A stretch of 64,000 nt of DNA from an uncultured Gemmataceae bacterium (GCA_963750165.1 CAVVPN010000003.1:608001-672000), one strand, 5' to 3'. Shown: positions 38,401-44,337, counted from the first letter of the stretch. Made by a program: numbers and translations. The notes: generated by a model from the sequence alone, not told the origin.

Positions 38401-40022
38401 GCGGCACGCTGACGGTCAGCAGTCCCGGCGACCTCAACGACACGGGCGCGGCCGCGGGCGGTGTGGTGCATCTGAACACAGCGGGGGTGACGCTCAACGG
38501 CGGCGGCGTCATCAAGGGCCAGGTGTCCATCCTGGCCAGCAACAACAGCATGACGGCCAACAACAGCCACGTCGATGGCGTGACCATCACCGTTCCCACC
38601 AGCGGCACCGGCATCACGGTGCCCGCGGGGGTTACCTTCGCCCAGATCGGCGTCAACAGCGGCGTCACGATCAACGGCGGCAGCGCCACCTCGACGGGCA
38701 TGCTGGTGCGTGGCAGCGCCAAAATAATCAATAGCAACGTGCTCGGACAAAATGTGGACATCAACGTCAACGGCGGCACCGCGGCGCTGCAGGGCGACAC
38801 GCTGACGCCCGGCACCGGCAACCTGGTCACCGGCTTGCTGGTCCAGGGCGGGGCCATCGTCGATGCCGGGCAGCTGACGGCGTCGGCCACGCCTTTGCCC
38901 AACGGCCCAGCCGGCAACGTCGGCTACTATGGCGACATCACCGGCCTGTTCAGCGGCACTCCGCTGGGTTCGAGCGCCCACAGCTCCGGCGGCAACACCT
39001 TCGGGACCTCGACCAACCCGTACGCCCTGGACACCTCGGCCACGGCCACGCTCAACCCGGGACCGAACATCCCGCAGGCCATCCGCGATGAGAACACCGG
39101 CACCGCCCCGTTCGGCGCCCTGCCGAACGGCGTCGAGCAGTCGTTCAACTACGGCGCCGCCGGCCCACAGCTGGGCCGCATGGACGTGACCGCCCAGAAC
39201 AACATCTTCAACGGCAGCGCCAACCTGCCGCTGTACCAGATTGAGCAGCTGATCTTCCACGACCTCGACGACTCCAGTGTCGGCTTCGTGACCTTCGGCA
39301 ACACGTCGGCGCCGGCGCCGTCGGTCGTGGGCAGCGTCACTTACTCGGCCAACTTCAAGCTGTCGGCGGCTCAGGGGGGCACGAGCACACTGGTAGCCGG
39401 TGCCAGCGGCAACGTCGGCAACGGCCAAAAATCGATCATCCGCTACATCCAGGTGACCTTCAGCAGTTATGTGTTCCTCGACCCCGGCTTGCAAACCGCC
39501 AACGCCAATAACGGGCTGAACCTGATCGAGGTCAACGGCCCCTACTACCAGACCAACACCGACCCGACAAAGGGCCGGTTGATTCAAGCCACTGTGGCCA
39601 GCGCAGTGTACAACCGCACGACCGGCACTTACACGGTGACCTACACCTTCAGCGGCCCGGGCACGGAGTACGGCTCGCTGGAAGACGGCAACTACCAGTT
39701 GCAATTCAACAACGGGGCCATCCAGGGCGGCGGCCCGGGCGGGCCCGGTCTGTCGGTGCCGGGCGATCCGTTTGCCACCAGCCCCGCCTCGTTCTTCCGC
39801 TTCTTTGGCGACACGCAGGGCCGGGGCGAGGTGACCAACACCGATTTGTCACAGATGCAGCGTGCGGTGGGGACGCGGATCGGCATGTCCACTTACGTCG
39901 CGTACCTGGACTTCTCGGGCAGCGGCTACATCACCGGGGCGGACTACTACGCCTTCCAACGCCGCTACAGCTACAGGCTCAATGCCGACGGCACCGTGAC
40001 GCTGATCAATCCCAATCCGTGA
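20436..40022 (+). CDS. Giant (6528 aa) repetitive surface protein/adhesin
   Basis: N-terminal LRLEVLEERVTPS motif; Gly-rich region; IPT/TIG-like domain; autotransporter-associated beta-strand repeats (LTKxGxGTLTLSGxNTYTGxTTV); two LamG-like domains; about 55 repeats of ~33 aa; C-terminal FFRFFGD..DFSGSGYITGAD dockerin/EF-hand-like domain. Confidence 0.92.
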   Translation: MFFPSRKSWLNKLIRMWSGRTRTIQSRSRSGNRLRLEVLEERVTPSNYTVTNTNYSGTGSLGDAITTAVSADDPAAVIIFSGLPSNSTIQLDSTTVSSTITYGPTAFVINGTSGTNLTINGAGSPGLVIDGGSAVRLFAVAGGDSLTLENLTLQNGLAQGGAGGMGQSGGGGAAGLGGAVYTAPNAALTIQSSTISGNVAQGGAGGTGNPGTYSGGGGGGGLNSSGGDGGVGAGALGGAGGGPNGGAATNGYPHAGGYGGGGGGAGDTAGGWGGAGGGFGGGGGGESSAYGWNNYGGGGFGGGGGGNVGTEYGGTPGYSAFGGGAGANGSAYTGGGGGGAGLGGAIFNNGGTVIITNSTLFGNSAVGGMAGDAAAGNGQGLGGAVFSRNGSLNLLNATISGNTAADGARGVYVLGDGAAATATINNTIIGQSDTSVTDFVATTIHSGTTSTSGAGNLIPTATGFSGTAITGDPMLATTLANHGGPTPTLALQAGSAAIGTGGAFTTVGTAGIAATDNSITLSSNGVALTPGDTFLQIDSEVMLVTAVSGNTLTVIRGYNGTAATMHTAGTGVFLHLDQRGYGATTTPDIGAYQSTGTSPGTPTVTGVNPISGTRGGGTEVSITGTNLNNATAVNFGLLPGTIVSDSGTTIVATTPLESAGTVHTTVTTVGWDTSATSPADQYTFIATPTYAENLDASGNLTITQEFLSDNDNLNFTLAGGLYTFTDSGDLLFDTPTGAGAASISGGGTSTITIPSSAITSITVVLGTGTNVFTFTGTGGAAAAPISVNAGTTTGDQINITGAVLDSGAVTLTANAISESGSGSLNAGTSAVTLTATTALTQTASAVITAGPLGITAGSVGTSSQSLVFNAASLTSDTSAANGDQFLADTATVSLASANALNAGTGTLTLTGGTFQIQGGAGGNAITDTSSVTVNSPALLDLDGNSETIYALNGTGTVTSSSAGTVTLTVGAGGGSGTFAGVIQNGSGTVGLTKSGGGTEALSNSSTYTGPTNINAGTLLLAAGVSVPNYSFETPNIGTGGGAYQYNPGGASWTFSGAGLAGNGSAFNNANAPDGTQVAFIQTTGSITQSIDFPADGSYVINFQSAFRNAQNGVNDFQVLVDGTVYGTFTPTTSANYLPYSTSAFTVTAGSHTVEFLGLDTAGGDRTSFVDDVTITGVSAPPSILPTTTAVTVAASATLDLGGTDQTIGSLTGAGNVVLGTGTLTTGADNTSTTFGGVISGAGSLTKIGSGVFTFSGLGTYAGSTTVNDTGTLQLAAGALPANPVAHYTFDGNTNDSSGNGNDGTISGAGTSYVSGQFGQALNFTGSQAVTVPYSASLANLNSFTVSAWVNMAPGFTAYLNGILGTRFGSDNTFDVKVQASGIHGDVGDGTNWINTGVDISNAQGGQLTPGTWAMITYVIDSTSDQFRLYINGTLLNTIGFTGTPLFMKPGQTLEIGASADGEFMNGAIDDVYIYGRALGSLEIGTLYSTSHMVLPTSTNVSVANGATLDLNGITQTIGSLNGAGTVTNNSTTPATLTVTGGGSFSGNITAASTALTVGGTAQTLTLSGNNTYGGPTTINSSDTLQAGSTTALPDATSVTDNGTLDLGGNNLTIGSLAGAGNVVLGAGTLTTGADNTSTTFGGVISGAGSLTKIGSGVFTFSGLGTYAGSTTVNGTGTLQLANAPLPANPVAHYTFDGNTNDSSGNGNDGTISGAGTSYVSGQFGQALNFTGSQAVTVPYSASLASLNSFTVSAWVNMVPGFASFTNGILGTRFGGDTTFDYKVQASGIHGDVGSGSGWINTGVDISNAQGGQLTAGTWAMITYVIDSTSDQFRLYIDGTLLNTIGFTGTPLFMQPGQTLEIGNSSGGEFMNGTIDDVYIYGRALNNSDIFTLYTASHMVLPSGTSLSVASGATLDLNGVTQTVGSLNGAGAVTNSGAAATLTVSGGGTFGGSIQDGAGTTALTVTGGTLNLTSTNTYTGATTVSGGTLRVNGSITSNATVTSPGTLGGSGTITGNVSGTGTIDPGNSPGILTIAGNFTPTGTVNFEVYSPYAVAGTDYDQIIVNGAGNTINLGGATVNFISPGGGSAPALPNVITLIQNNTGTTITPFANLAAGATVTLSTGPTFEAYYGGNAGLDLVLVTAAPSTVAYVSPTFAGDALGQSITDADFGTTGNQGAIFGVNAFTTIGAALSAITSSGQVIVNSGSYAEAVNITGTQTLTITGTNTPQAVTINALTTVAGTTVSIQGASTLTDGDATSTTAAGTVSGSGSLTKQGTGTLTLSGSNTYTGTTTVSAGTLLVNGNDSAATGAVAINGGVLGGTGTVGGVVTVNTGGTINPGNGGTSIGTLTVAALTFNGGTFAADFNGATSDTITTAGAVNLNAGTAGTFTVNSQTGTTPPSTVYTLINNTGVAAISGTPLTGAAVGVPVTINGVPTFADYIGGNGRSFTLTAAGNPTLNYNGALIVRKDVTGGANNLQLVQNGTVVDERPLASIISVYTVNSNAGGPGDSLTVDYTPGTTAPAGLFATNIAYNETGATPASLTVTSGTFGKLAFNPTGSTAETIQEFTNAGDTTPLTTITATGVSTVSDTSTNTGLAIINLPTGPNTATLADDGTPGNTLSKLSGSTLPATSFANPASSLTINRGSAADNLTVAALPDFTAGLTLGTAANPFGTLTFSGAVTLAAGNSLAGDAAAAINFTGGGVFATSGSGTVALTTATSIALASGSSITTGSGNLTLTANSAGTTAGTFVGITVNGATLQSGTGTVLLQGTGGTTGSNDIGVEIQGGGRIQTTAASGTVTVLGTGGAGSSNDYGVYVTDANSRITSSGGTVAVTGQGGSGSFGNNYGVDVDNAGQVTAGGTGSVTVLGTGGTGTGSNNYGVYVTDANSRVTSGGGTVAVTGQGGGNAASFGNNYGVDVDNTAQVTAGGAGTVMVTGTGGAGSGNNYGVYVADASQVTASGAGAVTVLGSGGSGPFGFNYGLYVTGAGSRITSGGGTVAVTGQGGSGSGSGFNYGVDVDSGGQVTAGGSGTVTVLGTGGATSGGFNYGVYVTDPGTTITSGGGAVSVTGQGGGSGSASSDDGVYLANAGQVTAGGSGTVTVLGTGGTGSGGAEDGVYVSDSGTLVTSGGGNVSVTGQGGGSGSASGDDGVYVANAGQVTAGGTGTVTVLGIGGTGSGGAEDGVYVSDSGTLVTSGGGNVSVTGHGGGSGSSAGDIGVYVALGGAVTATGSGTVTVLGTGGATSDGFNYGVYVTDPGTTITSGGGTVAVTGQGGSGSFGSNYGIDVANAGQVTAGASGTVTVLGTGGAGSSNDYGVYVTDANSRITSSGGTVAVTGQGGSGSFGNNYGIYVANAGQVTAGGTGSVTVLGTGGTSTGSNNYGVYVTDANSRVTSGGGTVAVTGQGGGNAASFGNNYGVDVDNTAQVTAGGAGTVMVTGTGGAGSGNNYGVYVADASQVTAGGASAVTVTGSGGSGPFGFNYGLYVTGAGSRITSGGGTVAVTGQGGSGSGSGFNYGVDVDSGGQVTAGGSGTVTVLGTGGATSGGFNYGVYVTDPGTTITSGGGAVSVTGQGGGSGSASGDDGVYLANAGQVTAGGTGTVTVLGIGGTGSGGAEDGVYVSDSGTLVTSGGGNVSVTGQGGGSGSSAGDIGVIVDNSGQVTATGSGTVTVQGTGGTGSGGAEVGVYVTGSGAITSSGQNVSITGTGGSTTTLGILVDTPITLGGNTTLNHTGSASLSISAQVTLGTFTLTDNATSLTTTGTISGQISGSGSLTKQGTGTLTLSGSNTYTGTTTVSAGTLLVNGNDSAATGAVAVNGGVLGGTGTVGGVVTVNTGGTINPGNGGTSIGTLTVAALTFNGGTFAADFNGATSDTITTAGAVNLNAGTAGTFTVNSQTGTTPPSTVYTLINNTGVAAISGTPLTGAAVGVPVTINGVPTFADYIGGNGRSFTLTAAGNPTLNYNGALIVRKDVTGGANNLQLVQNGTVVDERPLASIISVYTVNSNAGGPGDSLTVDYTPGSTAPAGLFATNIAYNETGATPASLTVTSGTFGKLVFNPTGSTAETIQEFTNTGDTTPVTTITATGVSTVSDTSTNTGLAIINLPTGPNVATLADDGTPGNTLSKLSGSTLPATSFANPASSLTINRGSAADTLTINALPDLTAGLTLGTAANPFGTLTFSGAVTLAAGNSLAGDATAAINFTGGGVFATSGSGTVALTTATSIALASGSSITTGSGNLTLTANSAGTTAGTFVGITVNGATLQSGTGTVLLQGTGGTTGSNDIGVEIQGGGRIQTTAASGTVTVLGTGGAGSSNDYGVYVTDANSRITSSGGTVAVTGQGGSGSFGNNYGIDVANAGQVTAGGTGSVTVLGTGGTGSNNYGVYVTDANSRVTSGGGTVAVTGQGGGNAASFGNNYGVDVDNTAQVTAGGAGTVMVTGTGGAGSGNNYGVYVADASQVTASGAGTVTVLGSGGSGPFGFNYGLYVTGSGSRITSGGGTVAVTGQGGSGSGSGFNYGVDVDSGGQVTAGGSGTVTVLGTGGATSGGFNYGVYVTDPGTTITSGGGAVSVTGQGGGSGSASGDDGVYLANAGQVTAGGTGTVTVLGIGGTGSGGAEDGVYVSDSGTLVTSGGGNVSVTGQGGGSGSSAGDIGVIVDNSGQVTAGGSGTVTVLGTGGTGSGGAEVGVYVTGSGAITSSGQNVSITGTGGSTTTLGILVDTPITLGGNTTLNHTGSASLSISAQVTLGTFTLTDNATSLTTTGTISGQISGSGSLTKQGTGTLTLSGSNTYTGTTTVSAGTLLVNGNDSAATGAVAVNSTGTLGGTGTVGGAVTVNTGGTINPGNGGTSIGTLTVAALTFNGGTFAADFNGATSDTITTAGAVNLNAGTAGTFVVNSQTGTTPPSTVYTLINNTGAAAISGVPLTGAAVGVPVTINGVPTFADYIGGNGRSFTLTAAGNPTLNYNGALIVRKDVTGGANNLQLVQNGTVVDERPLASIISIYTINSNAGGPGDSLTVDYTPGTTAPAGLFATNIAYNETGATPASLTVASGTFGKLVFNPTGSTAETIQEFTNAGDTTPVTTITATGVSTVSDTSTNTGLAIINLPTGPNVATLADDGTPGNTLSKLSGSTLPATSFANPASSLTINRGSAADTLTINALPDLTAGLTVGSSGSPFATATVNGSFTLNTGTQNLAINAGAINLTGGTATAGSINLTATGAITESGTGTLSTTGTLTTSSATGTTLGNTNTVSTFTATNATSGSVNLNNSAATLVISGINQNGTVAGSNVSVTNAGAMNVIGAVTTTSAANGNINLTSTGGMTVSAGVSAGGSGNVTLTANSAGTTAGTFVGITVNGATVQSGTGTVLLQGTGGTTGSNDIGVEIQGGGRVQTAGASGTVTVLGTGGAGSSNDYGVYVTDANSRITSSGGTVAVTGQGGSGSFGNNYGIYVANAGQVTAGGTGSVTVLGTGGTSTGSNNYGVYVTDANSRVTSGGGTVAVTGQGGGNAASFGNNYGVDVDNTAQVTAGGAGTVMVTGTGGAGSGNNYGVYVADASQVTASGAGAVTVLGSGGSGPFGFNYGLYVTGAGSRITSGGGTVAVTGQGGSGSGSGFNYGVDVDSGGQVTAGGTGTVTVLGTGGATSDGFNYGVYVTDPGTTITSGGGAVSVTGQGGGSGSASSNYGVYVANAGQVTAGGTGTVTVQGTGAPTTDSGNYGVYVSDSGTLVTSTAGNISVTGQGGGSTTVGIFIDTGAAVTAPGAFSVTLSALGATTGDIFIAGTVSSTTGPIHATAAGSIGFDTTGFVSTSTSAAGANVTLTASATGTITEAGTNTTVTGNALALTAGGGIGSSTNPIVMNGTTLTTNSVASNGNQFLAEIPSGTIKLVTANALNAGTGTIALLGGDFQITAAAAGNAIADTSPLAVESPARLDLNNNNETVWSLSDGGALGGSVTLGSGTLTTGNNTASTTFSGVISGSGGLTKVGSDTFTLSGTNTYTGVTNINGGTLTVSSPGDLNDTGAAAGGVVHLNTAGVTLNGGGVIKGQVSILASNNSMTANNSHVDGVTITVPTSGTGITVPAGVTFAQIGVNSGVTINGGSATSTGMLVRGSAKIINSNVLGQNVDINVNGGTAALQGDTLTPGTGNLVTGLLVQGGAIVDAGQLTASATPLPNGPAGNVGYYGDITGLFSGTPLGSSAHSSGGNTFGTSTNPYALDTSATATLNPGPNIPQAIRDENTGTAPFGALPNGVEQSFNYGAAGPQLGRMDVTAQNNIFNGSANLPLYQIEQLIFHDLDDSSVGFVTFGNTSAPAPSVVGSVTYSANFKLSAAQGGTSTLVAGASGNVGNGQKSIIRYIQVTFSSYVFLDPGLQTANANNGLNLIEVNGPYYQTNTDPTKGRLIQATVASAVYNRTTGTYTVTYTFSGPGTEYGSLEDGNYQLQFNNGAIQGGGPGGPGLSVPGDPFATSPASFFRFFGDTQGRGEVTNTDLSQMQRAVGTRIGMSTYVAYLDFSGSGYITGADYYAFQRRYSYRLNADGTVTLINPNP
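24025..26230 (+). repeat. Tandem duplication (period ~1218 bp) of a beta-strand repeat + LamG-like module
   Basis: PANPVAHYTFDGNTNDSSGNGNDG...IDDVYIYGRAL occurs twice with long stretches of DNA identity. Confidence 0.9.
27228..37620 (+). repeat. Three long internal repeats (periods 4491 and 2988 bp) with nested ~100-bp repeats
   Basis: GCCTGACCAAGCAGGGCACG starts at 27241, 31732 and 34720. Blocks of NYGVYV-type units number about 29, 14 and 12 by manual count. Confidence 0.92.
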
Positions 40023-40092
40023 CCCAGCGAAGAGCCTCGACGCCTGCCGGGCAAGCCGGCAAGCGTCGAAGCTCCGCTTCCTTTGCGACACC

Positions 40093-40138
40093 AACGAAAC
40101 GAGTGGGCGGGTGCGATGAAGCACCCGCCCGTTTCGTT
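40093..40138. terminator. Probable bidirectional terminator hairpin
   Basis: Stem GGGCGGGTGC/GCACCCGCCC extended by AACGAAAC/GTTTCGTT, between convergent genes. Confidence 0.7.
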
Positions 40139-40173
40139 TCATGGCCCGGCAGCGATCCCTCCCCGACGCCCGC

Positions 40174-41604
40174 TCACGGGAAGTTGACGATGGTTTCGTC
40201 CCAGGTGACAGTGGGGCTGTTCAGGGTCTTGGTACCCGATCCGGTACCGAAGTTGATGTAAGCGCTGTCGAGACTGGTGCCGGCAGCAATATCCAGTTCA
40301 CGGATGCCGTTCTTGAACAGGACGTTCAATGCAAAGACGTTGGCGATGGCGTTATTGATCATGACCGTGTCGTGGACCGTGCCGCCGGTGAACGACAGGG
40401 TGCGGCCGAGAACCTGGGCCCCGGCATCGAGCGTGAAGGTGTTGGTGCCGTTGCCCATGGTCATGGTGACCGACTTGCCGACCGTGGTGCCGGTGAAGAA
40501 CTCGACCGCGTTGCCGCCGGCGCCCAGGTTCAGGTTCACGGTGCCGCCGACGGTGAGGGGACCGGGCAAATTAAAAAAGGCTCCTCCGTTGTTTCCCAGA
40601 TCGACGGCGTTGGCGCCGTTGCCCGCGGTGACGCTGAGGTTGCCGCCAATGGTGCCGCTGAGGCTCACCTGGGTGCCACCGTTGCCGGCCAGGATAGTGA
40701 GGCTGCCGCCCACGAACGTGCCGGTGTCCATGTTCACCAGGCTCGGCAAGATGGGACCGGCGCCGGTCCCCATAATGAGGGTCATGCTGCCGCCCACCGA
40801 GCCGTGTGGCGGGCCCGCCGGCGTGTTGAAGAGCGAGACGGTGTCACCGTTGTTCGAGCCCATGAAGTTCACGTTGCCGCCCACCTGGCCGATAATGACC
40901 AGGTTGGACAGGATCGGCTGATTGGCGTTGCTGACCATCACGTTCCCGCTCACCGAGCCCCCGACAAACGAAAACTCCCCGATGGTGACCTGGGCGGCGG
41001 CTGAGGCGTTCAGGTTCCCGCTCACGACACTCCCTGGAGCGATGTTGATGGCGTTTCCCAGGAACCCCGTTTGCGAAGCCCCCGAGAACGTGACGTTGCC
41101 ACCGACGGTGACGGCCGTGGTCGCGGGCATCAGCGAAGTGGGAGTGGCTTGCCCCACATTGAAAACCTCTTGCCCCGACCCTTGCTGGACGTAAACCGAG
41201 CCGTTGACGTGGTCGGCAGCTGTGCCGTTGCCGAAGACCGAGACGGACAGCAGCGAGCCCCCCGTGACGCCCTGCCCCAGGCTCAAATAAATACTGCCCG
41301 GGAACGTGCCGCCGTTCAGATCGACGAAGATGTTCTCACGGTAGGACATCAGGTTGAGATGGAGATCTTTGGTGAGAGCGAAGGTGCCGATGTTAGTGCC
41401 GCCGGTGAGCGTCGTCACGTTCGCTCCGTCTAGCACCTGGTAATTGGTGCCATTGCGGATGACGAGCAGGGCCTGCCCGGTTCCGCTGCCGGTCGGTGTG
41501 CCCGAGAGGCTGAGTGTGCCCTGCGAAAAAACAGTTTTCAGCGTGGGGCACCAACGTTCTTCCAGAATTTCCAGGGACGGACGGAATCGGTTGTGTTTCT
41601 TCAT
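40174..41604 (-). CDS. Planctomycete extracellular protein with LE-motif leader and beta-solenoid-like repeats
   Basis: RFRPSLEILEERWCPT leader; repeated VGGNV/VGGSL/IGGNL + GNG turns. Confidence 0.82.
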   Translation of the reverse strand: MKKHNRFRPSLEILEERWCPTLKTVFSQGTLSLSGTPTGSGTGQALLVIRNGTNYQVLDGANVTTLTGGTNIGTFALTKDLHLNLMSYRENIFVDLNGGTFPGSIYLSLGQGVTGGSLLSVSVFGNGTAADHVNGSVYVQQGSGQEVFNVGQATPTSLMPATTAVTVGGNVTFSGASQTGFLGNAINIAPGSVVSGNLNASAAAQVTIGEFSFVGGSVSGNVMVSNANQPILSNLVIIGQVGGNVNFMGSNNGDTVSLFNTPAGPPHGSVGGSMTLIMGTGAGPILPSLVNMDTGTFVGGSLTILAGNGGTQVSLSGTIGGNLSVTAGNGANAVDLGNNGGAFFNLPGPLTVGGTVNLNLGAGGNAVEFFTGTTVGKSVTMTMGNGTNTFTLDAGAQVLGRTLSFTGGTVHDTVMINNAIANVFALNVLFKNGIRELDIAAGTSLDSAYINFGTGSGTKTLNSPTVTWDETIVNFP

Positions 41605-41694
41605 GGAAGGTTCTCATTTCTCCATTCGGTTGTGCTCTCCGCCCGCCGTTTGTCGCCAGGCGGCAAAACCACGCACCGCTACATCATGGTGGTG

Positions 41695-41889
41695 TTAGAT
41701 TGAAGAGGCACCTGGACCAGGATCATCACGGTATGTCCGGATCAGCAGGTACTGGCCAGAGGCGTTGCCGGCGCTGGGACTGCCGGTAGGCGAGAGCGTG
41801 CCCGCCAACAGGCTCACCCTGGCGAGCGTCGGACGGGTGAGGTCTTCAGGAGGTTCCAGGGCGGGGTGGAAGCGAAGGCGGCGGTACAT
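41695..41889 (-). pseudogene. Truncated paralog of the 40174-41604 protein
   Basis: MYRRLRFHPALEPPEDLTRPTLARVSLLAGTLSPTGSP..GQYLLIR aligns by eye with MKKHNRFRPSLEILEERWCPTLKTVFSQGTLSLSGTP..GQALLVIR; AGGAG upstream. Confidence 0.65.
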
Positions 41890-42477
41890 GTCAAGTGTTC
41901 TCCGTTGCTGGTACTCGGTCAGACACTCCTACCTAAGCTGGAAAGTCCCCGGAACCCGGTCGCGCTTTTGGGGGGGGATGTTGTTTCTGGGGGCTTTGCC
42001 TCGTGGTTAGCATTTCCACCAAGTTTAACGATGCCGCAATGGGCTACAAGGTCATTACCGTTGGTAAAATCCACAAATGGTTGAGGCGCTGGGCTAACAT
42101 TTTTTGCAATCCGCTTCTTCGGAAATTACTCTACACAAGCTGCAAACGGCGCACATCTGCTATTGGTTACAACCGAGACTTTTTCCCAACCTGGGTGTCG
42201 CGGACCGGATGTAATATTGGATAAAGTTTCTGGAACCGTTGTTACCGGCACAACAGGCCGCTGGGAACAACCCCCCGAAACCGATCAGTGCGTGCAACCA
42301 GAAGGGATGCCCGCGCCGTCGTCGGCGCCCCATTCGGCCTGTCCGCGCCTCCAGTTACCTCGGATTCCGTCGCTGACATCCTCCGGTGGGCCGACGCCCA
42401 CAAAAACCGCACCGCTGCAGCTGCCTCCGGAGCGCTATCTCGACCTGCGCAACGTGGCTTGATCGTTCTTGTTTCGA

Positions 42478-42529
42478 GTCCGAGCCCGAGCGCCAGCGCG
42501 GGGCCCCGCGCTGGCGCTCGGGCTCGGAC
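42478..42529. repeat. REP-like palindrome, family A
   Basis: GTCCGAGCCCGAGCGCCAGCGCGGGG / CCCCGCGCTGGCGCTCGGGCTCGGAC, perfect palindrome. Confidence 0.88.
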
Positions 42530-42677
42530 CAACCGCGAAATGCATGGCGATTCTGGATGAGGCCGCCGCTGGCGTTCATGGCTTTTGTCTGCATCTGTGG
42601 CTATCTGTGTCATCTGTGGATCGGTTCTCTTGTTTTGCCGCGGAACGCTGCCATAATGAACGCGATAGCTGTGCCCC

Positions 42678-43961
42678 GTGAGCGTCATCAAGTTCGAGGC
42701 GGGAATGCTCCGCACTTCCGAGTTGCTGTCCCAGGCTGTCCGGCCCGACCTGTACCGGATCAACGCCTTCCGCGTGGCCCAGTTACACGCCGGCGCCTCG
42801 CCGCGCGAGTTGACGCGCCGCCTGGAACGCATCAAGATGCTGGCCAAACTCGGCGGCCGGTCGCAGGAGCCGGGCGGCCCGCTGCCGTTGCAGCCTGCTC
42901 CCGACCTGGAAACCATGCGCGAGGCGCTGGAGCGGCTGCGCGACCCGGAGGTGCGGCTGCTCGACGAGTTTTTCTGGTTCTGGCCGGAGTCGTTCGCCGC
43001 CGCCCCCGAGGACGCAGCGCTGACCGCCCTGGCCCGCGGCGACGTGGCGTCCGCCCGCAAGCGCTGGCAGGAGGCACTGGAGCCGGCGCCGCAGCCCATC
43101 GCGCTGCACAACCTCGCCGTGCTGGCGCACCTGATGGCGCTCGACCTGGAGTGCCGGGCCATGCTGTCGCCGCAGACGCTGGACGGCTTCACTGCCCGGC
43201 TGCGTGACCAGTCCTGGGCGACCGCTTACCAGCACTGGACCGCGCTGGTCAAGCAGGGCGATTTCTGGCGGCTTCTGAAGGAACGTATCGTCCAGCTGGC
43301 GGAACCGCAGTTGACGCCGGAGTTGGCGGACGCGCTGCGCAGCGAACTGCCGATGACGTTGCTGGGCATCAACGCCCAGCTGGCGGTCGCGGCGGCGGCG
43401 CGCGGCCAGGCCGATGAGGCCCACCGGCACCGCGAGCTGGTCTGCCGATCCGGCTTCGATGAGCTGGACGTTGAGCAGGCACTGCGGCGAGCGCTGAAGC
43501 CGGTGCGCGACCGCCTGAAGTCGCTGAGCGAGAGCAGCAGTCAGACGCAGGCGGACGGCTGGCGGACGGCCCTGGAGTTGTACCAGCGCGTCGCCGGGCT
43601 GCCGCTCGGCCAGTCCGACCGCGACACGCTGCTGGACGATGTGGCGGAGGTGATGAACCGTGTCTGCTGGTTCTGCCAGACGCGTGTCGGCGAGTCGGGC
43701 ACCGCGGCGGTGGTGTGGCTCAACAGCCGCATGACACGCACGAAGACCGCCAACCGCGAATCGGTCCACTGGCACCGTTACATCGTGGATGTGCCGCGCT
43801 GCTGGCACTGCTACCAGGCGCACCGCAGCTGGGACGTGGCCCGGGCGCTGGGCACGCTGCCGCGCGGTGTGCGACCGGAGAAGGACAAGGAAGCATTTCC
43901 GACCATCGAACGACTGCGGGCCGAGGGCTGGGAGATCGGGGCGATTCCGGCGGGGGCGTAA
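42678..43961 (+). CDS. Hypothetical protein: degenerate J-domain-like N-terminus, helical middle, C-terminal CxxC...CxxC
   Basis: NAFRVAQLHAGASPREL...MREALERLRDPEVRL resembles J-domain helices I/II/III but has no HPD; CWFC and CWHC; first gene of the operon with GrpE-like and Hsp70 genes. Confidence 0.75.
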   Translation: MSVIKFEAGMLRTSELLSQAVRPDLYRINAFRVAQLHAGASPRELTRRLERIKMLAKLGGRSQEPGGPLPLQPAPDLETMREALERLRDPEVRLLDEFFWFWPESFAAAPEDAALTALARGDVASARKRWQEALEPAPQPIALHNLAVLAHLMALDLECRAMLSPQTLDGFTARLRDQSWATAYQHWTALVKQGDFWRLLKERIVQLAEPQLTPELADALRSELPMTLLGINAQLAVAAAARGQADEAHRHRELVCRSGFDELDVEQALRRALKPVRDRLKSLSESSSQTQADGWRTALELYQRVAGLPLGQSDRDTLLDDVAEVMNRVCWFCQTRVGESGTAAVVWLNSRMTRTKTANRESVHWHRYIVDVPRCWHCYQAHRSWDVARALGTLPRGVRPEKDKEAFPTIERLRAEGWEIGAIPAGA

Positions 43962-43968
43962 GCATCTC

Positions 43969-44337
43969 ATGGGCAACCTCACGGACTGGCAGCGCCTGCT
44001 GGCGGACCTGGCGACCGGCGTCTGGCGGCTGCGGCAGCGGCTGCCGGCCGCGGAAGACGCCCCGGACGGCGTGCGCCGCGCTGCCCGCGACGTGGAAGCG
44101 CTGTGGCGGCGGTTGCAGGAAGGCGGCGTCCAGGTGATCGACCACACCGGCGAGGTCTACGACGCCACCAAGTCGCTGCGTGTGATCGCCTTCGAGGCGG
44201 CCCCGCAGTTGCAGCGCGAGCAGATTCTGGAGACGGTGAAGCCGACGATTTATCACAACCAGGACTGGCTACAAACCGGCGAGGTGGTCGTGGGCATGCC
44301 CGCGCCACCACCCGCCGCCGACGAGGACCGCGCATGA
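43969..44337 (+). CDS. Short GrpE-like protein (head domain only, 122 aa)
   Basis: LQEGGVQVIDHTGEVYD...ILETVKPTIY...LQTGEVVVG matches the GrpE C-terminal pattern; ATGA overlap with the Hsp70 gene. Confidence 0.72.
   Translation: MGNLTDWQRLLADLATGVWRLRQRLPAAEDAPDGVRRAARDVEALWRRLQEGGVQVIDHTGEVYDATKSLRVIAFEAAPQLQREQILETVKPTIYHNQDWLQTGEVVVGMPAPPPAADEDRA

Noticed and set aside
23058..39704. Long antisense ORFs (1022, 1231, 822, 627 aa and others)
   Set aside because: Shadow frames of the GC-rich, codon-biased giant gene; no recognisable motifs.
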